NCBI GenBank assembly: GCA_964388165.1
Contig: CAYLZB010000001.1
Span: 1 to 49,440 of the forward strand
DNA: 49,440 bases
Reading direction: 5' to 3'
DNA from: an uncultured Flavobacteriaceae bacterium
GTDB lineage: Bacteria; Bacteroidota; Bacteroidia; Flavobacteriales; Flavobacteriaceae
Shown here in pieces: positions 43,071 to 49,440 of the stretch (the first letter of the stretch is position 1; the number at the start of each line of letters is the position of its first letter). The translations under genes and the position numbers were made by a program. A model generated the notes under the pieces. The model was not told the origin of the DNA, made no database searches, and saw nothing but the letters and a program-made list of their open reading frames with translations.

Positions 43071-44234
43071 GTGAACGCCATAAATCAGATTTCCATAATC
43101 CCCCAATTACTGGAGGTCATTTGTCGTACTACAAAATTAAGGTTTGCTGCCATTGCAAGAGTAACAAATGAACGATGGGTGGCTTGTGCAACTTTGGACA
43201 ATGTACCGCTGGGTCTTAATCCCGGGGATGAACTGCAAATAAAAGACACCTTTTGCGACCAGGTGCATAATACAGGACAGCCGGTCATTTTTGATGACGT
43301 CTCCAAAGATGAGGTCTATCGTGACCATCATGTTCCTAAATTGTATGGCATTGAAAGCTATATTTCTGTCCCCATATATAAAAAGAACGGAGATTTCTTT
43401 GGAACTCTCTGTGCATTGGACTCTAAACCGGGCAGGATAAATACTCCCGAGGTAAAAGACATGTTCAAGCTCTTTACAGATCTTATTTCCTTCCATCTCG
43501 AGACAGTTGAAGAGATGGAAACTACATCAAGGACCTTAAAGGAAGAGCGGGAAATGGCCGATCTAAGGGATCAATTTATTGCCATTTTGGGGCATGATCT
43601 CAAGAATCCTATAGCTACCATGAGAATGAGTTCAGATATTCTGCTTAAGATGTCAAAGGAGGAACTCACCCTTAAACATGCGGGATTGATCAAATCCACC
43701 TCTTTCCGGATGCAAAATCTCATTGACAATATTCTCGATTTTGCCAAAGGAAAAATGGGGGAAGGAATTATACTGGACAGGGTGGCCCACAATGGTTCTC
43801 TCGTAAATATTCTGGAACAGGTCATTAAGGAAATAAACATCAGCTCCCCGGAAAGGCAGATCGAGTTTGAGATCGACCTGAAATCGGAAGTCTATTGTGA
43901 CAAGAACCGCATTGGTCAGCTGTTGGCCAATCTGCTGAGCAATGCAGATCAACATGGAGACAAGGATGCTCCCTTAAAAGTTTCTGCATTTACAACAGAT
44001 GATACCTTTGATCTCACGGTCACCAACAAAGGGGAAAAGATCCCGGAGGAATCACTCCGCCATCTTTTTCAGCCTTTTTACAGAGAAAAGAACGAGCTGA
44101 ATAAAAAAGGACTGGGATTAGGGCTGTTTATTGCTGCTGAAATTGCTAAAGCACATGAGGGTAATCTCCTGGTAGCATCTACAGCCGAAGAGACTCAATT
44201 CACTCTTAAGATCCCGCTTGAAGAAAAAAATTAA
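43071..44234 (+). CDS. Soluble GAF-domain sensor histidine kinase (start uncertain)
   Basis: GAF 'SYISVPI..GTLCALD'; H-box 'ILGHDLKNP'; N-box 'NLLSNA'; G-box 'GLGLGL'; no TM segment. Confidence 0.92.
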   Translation: MNAINQISIIPQLLEVICRTTKLRFAAIARVTNERWVACATLDNVPLGLNPGDELQIKDTFCDQVHNTGQPVIFDDVSKDEVYRDHHVPKLYGIESYISVPIYKKNGDFFGTLCALDSKPGRINTPEVKDMFKLFTDLISFHLETVEEMETTSRTLKEEREMADLRDQFIAILGHDLKNPIATMRMSSDILLKMSKEELTLKHAGLIKSTSFRMQNLIDNILDFAKGKMGEGIILDRVAHNGSLVNILEQVIKEINISSPERQIEFEIDLKSEVYCDKNRIGQLLANLLSNADQHGDKDAPLKVSAFTTDDTFDLTVTNKGEKIPEESLRHLFQPFYREKNELNKKGLGLGLFIAAEIAKAHEGNLLVASTAEETQFTLKIPLEEKN

Positions 44235-44265
44235 GGGCTCAAAAATGTCATTTTTGGAGCCCTTA
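44232..44265. terminator. Hairpin between convergent genes, with the shared CAAAAATGTCATTTTTG core
   Basis: TAAGGGCT-CAAAAATGTCATTTTTG-GAGCCCTTA. Confidence 0.7.
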
Positions 44266-44269
44266 GATT

Positions 44270-44971
44270 TTACTCTTCCATAATTATCGGAGTCAGCCTC
44301 TCTTTGATCTCAAGATATTCGGCTTCCTCGATAAGTCCCAGATCAAATAGATCCTTGGACTCCTTTAATTTGGCAATAGCTTCTGCCCGGGTAAGCGGTG
44401 CATTCGTGCTTTTGATCTCCCCGGCAAGAACTGCTTTTTCATAATCCACTACAGAAAGGTATTTATTGATACCAAAAGCTCTTCCATTAGGTTCTCCAAG
44501 TAAAATGGATAACGCTAAAGGCTTTTTCTTACTGCCTTTGTGATTCACTTCCATTTCGACGATCACCACCTTCTCTCCCTGAAATTCCTGACCGGCCATA
44601 TTCTTTCCTTCGCCGTTCATGATGCTAATGATATTTCCTACTCCGGCCGGTCTACCCTTTATAATTGTAGAAAAGCTGCTTTTAGTCTTTGAACGGGCAG
44701 ATCCCGCACCAAAAATTTCACCAGATCCTCCTACAGCAACAGTTTTAGTAGTAGAACCTGATGGAACTCCAATGACCAGAGTATCGCCTACTCTTAACAC
44801 AGATCCGTCTGCTGCAATGTAGCCGGATAATGTTGTGTTGTCCTTCACATTTTGAAAGACCTCTGCCTTCTGGGTTTCTTCATAGGAAAGAACTTCCAGG
44901 TGCCGCTGTGCAAAAGTGGAAGTACTAAAAAGCACAGCACATAAAATAAGAATTGTTCTCATATTTAACAT
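44270..44971 (-). CDS. Exported hypothetical protein with a SHOCT-like C-terminus
   Basis: Signal peptide ending 'TFA-Q'; C-terminal 'AIAKLKESKDLFDLGLIEEAEYLEIKERL'. Start is 44971 or 44962. Confidence 0.75.
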   Translation of the reverse strand: MLNMRTILILCAVLFSTSTFAQRHLEVLSYEETQKAEVFQNVKDNTTLSGYIAADGSVLRVGDTLVIGVPSGSTTKTVAVGGSGEIFGAGSARSKTKSSFSTIIKGRPAGVGNIISIMNGEGKNMAGQEFQGEKVVIVEMEVNHKGSKKKPLALSILLGEPNGRAFGINKYLSVVDYEKAVLAGEIKSTNAPLTRAEAIAKLKESKDLFDLGLIEEAEYLEIKERLTPIIMEE

Positions 44972-45185
44972 TGATGATAAGTTAATTCTACCAAAGACTG
45001 TTTTATAAGAAATATGTTACACGCGATTTAAAAAAAAGAAATAGATCTCCCGGCAGCCCTTTTTTAAATCTTCTTATACTCTAAACATTTCTGAAAGTTT
45101 ATACAAGCTCTGTTAAGTCTTTACTAAGCAACTTGTTAGCAGCCCCAAGTCTTTTTATATTCGGTAGAAACATAAAGAACCAGCT

Positions 45186-46349
45186 ATGAAAAGAAATACC
45201 TCACACCGGGCAATTGCAATTCCGTTACCCGGTCAACAAAAATCAGTCATTGCAATTTTTCTATTGCTATTCTTAAGTCTCACCGCATTTGCTCAAAAGC
45301 CAACCGTACGAACCGATGCCGGAGCAATTAAGGTTCATGTAATTAAGGAAGGTCTCAATCACCCGTGGGGTATGGCCTTTTTACCCGATGGAAGATTACT
45401 GGTGACCGAACGGGCAGGGACTTTAAGAATTCTAGATAAAAACAATAAACTTTCTGCCCCTCTTTCGGGTACACCCGAAGTCTTTGCACAGGGACAGGGA
45501 GGAATGCTCGATGTAGCCCTGCATCCAAATTTCGATCAAAATAAATATGTCTATCTATCTTTTGCAGAACCCGGTCCTAACGGAACTGCTTCCACAGCCC
45601 TTGGGAGGGGAAAACTCGAAGGGAATTCGATCGTGGGATTTGAGACCATTTTTAGAATGGAACCAAAGGTGGAAGGCCCAAATCACTTTGGCGGTCGCAT
45701 TATCTTTACCCCCGAAAACGACATTTTTCTCACCCTGGCTGAAAGATTCAAGTTTGAACCGGCACAAGACCTTTCCAGTCATTTAGGTACTGTTGTACGG
45801 CTGAATGAAGATGGTTCTGCTTCCGCTGAAAACCCTTCTTTTGATGCTGAAAACGCCCTTGATGAAATTTGGTCATACGGACACAGAAATATAGAAAGCG
45901 CAGCGTTACATCCCGAAACAGGTGACTTGTGGGTTGCTGAAATGGGTCCTATGGGAGGAGATGAATTGCAAATTGCCAAAGCCGGAAGAAATTATGGCTG
46001 GCCGGTGGTAAGCTGGGGGGATAATTATGACGGAAGCAAGATCCCGGATCCCACTACACACCCTGAATTTGCCGATGCAGTGATACACTGGACCCCCACA
46101 ATTTCTCCTTCGGGAATGATCTTTTATGATGGTAGTGTATTCCCGGAATGGAAGAACAGCATGATGATCGGCGGACTAACCGCAACAGGAATTGTAAGAG
46201 TAAACGTGAATGGAGAACAGGCTCAGGAAGTAGAACGTATCCCCCTTTCAATAAGAGTTAGAGATGTAGAACAGGGACCTGATGGTACAATATGGGTGCT
46301 TACAGATGAGAAGAATGGAAAGATCCTGCAGCTTAAGCCCATAAAATGA
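45186..46349 (+). CDS. PQQ-dependent soluble sugar dehydrogenase (YliI/GSDH family)
   Basis: Signal peptide; 'GLNHPWGMAFLPDG..LVTER', 'GQGGMLDV', 'HFGGRI', 'SYGHRN', 'GGDE', 'NYGWP'. Confidence 0.93.
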   Translation: MKRNTSHRAIAIPLPGQQKSVIAIFLLLFLSLTAFAQKPTVRTDAGAIKVHVIKEGLNHPWGMAFLPDGRLLVTERAGTLRILDKNNKLSAPLSGTPEVFAQGQGGMLDVALHPNFDQNKYVYLSFAEPGPNGTASTALGRGKLEGNSIVGFETIFRMEPKVEGPNHFGGRIIFTPENDIFLTLAERFKFEPAQDLSSHLGTVVRLNEDGSASAENPSFDAENALDEIWSYGHRNIESAALHPETGDLWVAEMGPMGGDELQIAKAGRNYGWPVVSWGDNYDGSKIPDPTTHPEFADAVIHWTPTISPSGMIFYDGSVFPEWKNSMMIGGLTATGIVRVNVNGEQAQEVERIPLSIRVRDVEQGPDGTIWVLTDEKNGKILQLKPIK

Positions 46350-47122
46350 AAATAGCTACCTATAATGTAAATGGGATCAATGCCAGGCTTCCCGTACTAC
46401 TTCAATGGCTGAAGGAAACAAAACCCGATGTAGCTTGTCTACAGGAATTAAAAGCGCCAGATGAGAAGATCCCAAAGAGTGACATAGAACAAGCCGGTTA
46501 TACAGCCCTTTGGCACGGCCAGAAGCGGTGGAACGGCGTTGCTATCCTCGCTAAAAAGGATCTTGAGATACAGGAAACGGGCCGCGGACTGGCAGGAGAG
46601 CCCGAAGATGAACAAAGCCGTTACCTGGAAGCTGTTGTCAATGATATTACTATTGGTTGCCTCTACCTTCCCAATGGAAATCCCGCACCCGGGCCAAAGC
46701 TGGAGTATAAAATGAGATGGTTTGATCGGCTTACCAAACGTGCCGCGGAATTAATTGAGAGGGATGTCCCCGTGGTTCTAACGGGAGATTACAATGTGAT
46801 GCCTACCGAAAAAGATGTTTATAAACCGGAAAGGTGGGTGGATGATGCTTTATTTCGACCCGAAGTCCGCGAGGCTTTCCACAGTCTGGTGGCCCAGGGC
46901 TGGACAGATGCACTAAGGAAATTATATCCCGAGGAAACTATTTATACTTTCTACGATTACTTCAGAAATGCCTATCAGAGAAACGCCGGACTGCGGATAG
47001 ATCATTTCCTGTTAAGTCCGCAATTAAAGGATCGACTTAAAGACGCCGGCTTAGACAAACATGTACGTGGCTGGGAAAAGACCAGCGATCACGTACCGGT
47101 CTGGATCGAACTTATGGAATAA
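46346..47122 (+). CDS. xth: Exodeoxyribonuclease III / AP endonuclease
   Basis: 'ATYNVNG', 'LQELK', 'YLPNG', 'GDYN', 'GLRIDH', 'SDHVP'. Confidence 0.95.
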   Translation: MKIATYNVNGINARLPVLLQWLKETKPDVACLQELKAPDEKIPKSDIEQAGYTALWHGQKRWNGVAILAKKDLEIQETGRGLAGEPEDEQSRYLEAVVNDITIGCLYLPNGNPAPGPKLEYKMRWFDRLTKRAAELIERDVPVVLTGDYNVMPTEKDVYKPERWVDDALFRPEVREAFHSLVAQGWTDALRKLYPEETIYTFYDYFRNAYQRNAGLRIDHFLLSPQLKDRLKDAGLDKHVRGWEKTSDHVPVWIELME

Positions 47123-47997
47123 ACTTTAGAAGTAACTTCGGGTTTTATTCTTCTGAAAAGTAGAAAAGTACAGATAATTACCAGCACCAAAGAAGTTGGT
47201 ATGATAAAGACTACCGGCACAACATTTACCCCGATCATAGCCATGGCTATAATTTTGGCGACTAAGGCAGTCATAAGGAAGCAAAGAAACACCAGCGTTA
47301 CTGCAGACATGAGATATCCTATATTCCTGTTCTTGTAGAGCAGGAGACCAGACACAAACCCTATTGGCAGAAAGAGGGAAAGATCCAACCCCTGGACTGT
47401 GAGACTGGTATAGTGCTCTACAGAAGCCGGAATGATCGTGCCGTCAAATAAAGGAGTTAGGATGATTTCCAGCCAGAGAAAAGCTATAGCAACAGAAAGA
47501 GTCATTAAGAATCCTCCAATCAATCTCCGCCTTAATCCAGGAAGAAATTTGTCTCTTAACCCTTTTAGATCAACTTCAAATAAAGTGATCACAAAAGCAA
47601 AGAAGGATAAGGAGGTAGTGATCACATAAACAAGGAACATAGCGTTATACATTCCCATATTGATATAGAACAGGAAGGTGAGAAAGAAAAAATGTAAAAT
47701 TCCCGCATGAAAAAGAATTGATTTTAATTTTCCGCCTTTTAGGAGATAGGTGGACAGCAGAAGGAAGGGAACTGCGATAAACAGCGTGACATAGTCATGT
47801 GCAATTCCCTGCACAGCAACCTCGGCCGACATATGTTGATAAAGTCCGCGACCATAAATTTCAACCTGTTGTCCCCGGATGGATTCGTAGAAGTAGGATC
47901 CTCCTTTGGTAGTATAAAAGATCCCCGCGGCAGCTGCAACAGCAGCAAAAAATGCTGTTAACACCGATAAAACTGAAATGATCCTGAAATTTTTCAT
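47089..47997 (-). CDS. Hypothetical multi-pass membrane protein (about 8 TM)
   Basis: Repeated hydrophobic helices; 'YGRGLY', 'QGIAHD', 'VQGLDLS'. Confidence 0.8.
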   Translation of the reverse strand: MKNFRIISVLSVLTAFFAAVAAAAGIFYTTKGGSYFYESIRGQQVEIYGRGLYQHMSAEVAVQGIAHDYVTLFIAVPFLLLSTYLLKGGKLKSILFHAGILHFFFLTFLFYINMGMYNAMFLVYVITTSLSFFAFVITLFEVDLKGLRDKFLPGLRRRLIGGFLMTLSVAIAFLWLEIILTPLFDGTIIPASVEHYTSLTVQGLDLSLFLPIGFVSGLLLYKNRNIGYLMSAVTLVFLCFLMTALVAKIIAMAMIGVNVVPVVFIIPTSLVLVIICTFLLFRRIKPEVTSKVYSISSIQTGT

Positions 47998-48103
47998 TTT
48001 TGAAAGGAATTGAGCGACTCCGGTAATTTCAGAAATTAATGAAAGAAAAATCTTGATAATTGTCAGGACCGAAAAAAATATTCTAAAAAGCGAGCAATAG
48101 AAG

Positions 48104-48140
48104 AGCCTTCAAAAATTGCATTTTTGAAGGCTTATTTTTT
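48104..48140. terminator. Hairpin downstream of metF with the shared core variant CAAAAATTGCATTTTTG
   Basis: AGCCTT-CAAAAATTGCATTTTTG-AAGGCT. Confidence 0.7.
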
Positions 48141-48151
48141 GAAGCAATAAA

Positions 48152-49108
48152 TTAAAAAACGGCTGCAGCTATAGCTTTGATATTAGAACTCTTACCCATG
48201 GAATAATAATGCAGCACCGGAATTCCCGCAGCCACAAGTTCCTTACTCTGTTCTATGCACCACTCGATGCCTACCTGGTGAACTTCTTCATTGTTCCTGC
48301 ACTTTTCCACCTCATGAGTGAGATCATGTGGCAGGTCGACATGGAAGCGATGGGGGATCATGGTGAGCTGTTTTTTTGTGGCAATAGGTTTCAAGCCGGG
48401 AATTATAGGAACAGTGATCCCGCTTTCCCTGCACTGTCTTTCAAACTCGAAAAACTTTTGATTATCAAAGAACATTTGGGTTACCACATACTCTGCCCCT
48501 GCCTCTATCTTGGTTTTTAGCCGCTGAATATCCTTCCGGAGACTCGGAGCTTCCATATGTTTTTCGGGATATCCCGCCACCCCTATACAGAAGTCGGTAT
48601 TATGACCGTTTTCAAGAGCCTCATCCAGAAATTTTCCGGAGTTCATTTTTGAGATCTGCCCGACAAGTTCATTTGCGTAGTTATGGCCGTGCGGGTCAGG
48701 CGTAAAATAGATCTCGCTTTTTACGGCATCTCCACGGAGTGCCATCACGTTCTTAATTCCCAGAAAATCCAGGTCTATCAGGAAGTTTTCTGTGTCTTCC
48801 TTTGAAAATCCGCCGCAGAGGATGTGGGGTACGGCATCCACTTTATACTTGCTTTGAATGGCTGCACAAATCCCCACAGTTCCCGGTCTCTTGCGCACCA
48901 CCCGCTTTTCAAGCAGACCTTTCTCCCGCTCAATGTAAACGTATTCCTCCCGATGATAGGTCACATCTATGAATGGCGGATTGAACTCCATCAGGGGATC
49001 TATCCCATCAAAGATCGACTGAATATTTTGCCCTTTTAGAGGGGGAAGGATCTCGAAGGAGAAAAGGGTTTTATTTTTTGAAGCAGCTAAGTGTTCTGTA
49101 ATTTTCAT
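48152..49108 (-). CDS. metF: 5,10-methylenetetrahydrofolate reductase
   Basis: 'FSFEILPP', 'DVTY', 'ALRGD', 'VAGYPEKH', 'VTQMFFD', 'PIIPG', 'LHYYSM'. Confidence 0.96.
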   Translation of the reverse strand: MKITEHLAASKNKTLFSFEILPPLKGQNIQSIFDGIDPLMEFNPPFIDVTYHREEYVYIEREKGLLEKRVVRKRPGTVGICAAIQSKYKVDAVPHILCGGFSKEDTENFLIDLDFLGIKNVMALRGDAVKSEIYFTPDPHGHNYANELVGQISKMNSGKFLDEALENGHNTDFCIGVAGYPEKHMEAPSLRKDIQRLKTKIEAGAEYVVTQMFFDNQKFFEFERQCRESGITVPIIPGLKPIATKKQLTMIPHRFHVDLPHDLTHEVEKCRNNEEVHQVGIEWCIEQSKELVAAGIPVLHYYSMGKSSNIKAIAAAVF

Positions 49109-49144
49109 TCTTATTCATTCTGTTTTCAGAGACATTATTTCTTC

Positions 49145-49440
49145 TTATTCATCGGCAATTGAAGGATTCAGCCATTTTTGGGCTTCCTCAAAAGCGATCT
49201 TCTTTCTTTCTGCAAAATCCTCCACCTGATCATTTTTGATCTTTCCGACGCCAAAGTATCGGGCTTGGGGATGGGCAAAATAGTATCCGCTAACGCTGGC
49301 GGCCGGCCACATAGCAAGGCTTTCGGTAAGCTTTACTCCTATCCTCTCCTCTACATTCAGCAGTTCCCAGATCGTTAGTTTCTCAAGATGATCGGGGCAG
49401 GCAGGATATCCCGGTGCGGGACGAATGCCTTTATAGCTCT
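49145..49440 (-). CDS. metH: Cobalamin-dependent methionine synthase, C-terminal reactivation domain (partial)
   Basis: Hand translation includes '[19 protein letters not shown]', '[21 protein letters not shown]', '[10 protein letters not shown]'. Confidence 0.95.
   Translation of the reverse strand, partial: SYKGIRPAPGYPACPDHLEKLTIWELLNVEERIGVKLTESLAMWPAASVSGYYFAHPQARYFGVGKIKNDQVEDFAERKKIAFEEAQKWLNPSIADE

Overview
Chromosomal window from a Bacteroidota organism, most likely Flavobacteriaceae (inferred from TAnnTTTG -7 promoter elements and the ahpC-trx-tpx-dgkA-ftsK-lolA-lptF-ribB gene order). It holds about 45 CDSs. I see no rRNA, tRNA, CRISPR array, transposase or prophage. Core genes: lpdA, deoC-deoD, nhaC, ahpC, tpx, ftsK, lolA, ribB, xseAB, xth, metF and the 3' end of metH. 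Accessory content: (1) a co-oriented seven-gene minus-strand cluster at 6654-16713 encoding a GabT-type aminotransferase, a carbon-nitrogen hydrolase, a VOC protein, a 915-aa PLP decarboxylase, an ATP-grasp ligase, a C45 Ntn-hydrolase and a GabD-type aldehyde dehydrogenase. It reads like an uncharacterised make/conjugate/release route into the GABA shunt and is the best candidate for an undescribed system. (2) A ku-ligD NHEJ pair with neighbouring stress-type genes. (3) A lipoprotein plus radical SAM pair. Non-coding signals: a three-way-junction leader before deoC-deoD; a duplicated two-hairpin element with a compensatory change at 36843-37046; a 17-bp core shared by four terminators; an 11-bp-period GTTAA repeat at a fixed distance from degenerate -7 boxes; and degenerate heptamer tandem repeats. 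Three small ORFs missed by the ORF track were read by hand. All protein calls come from motif recognition; no searches were run.
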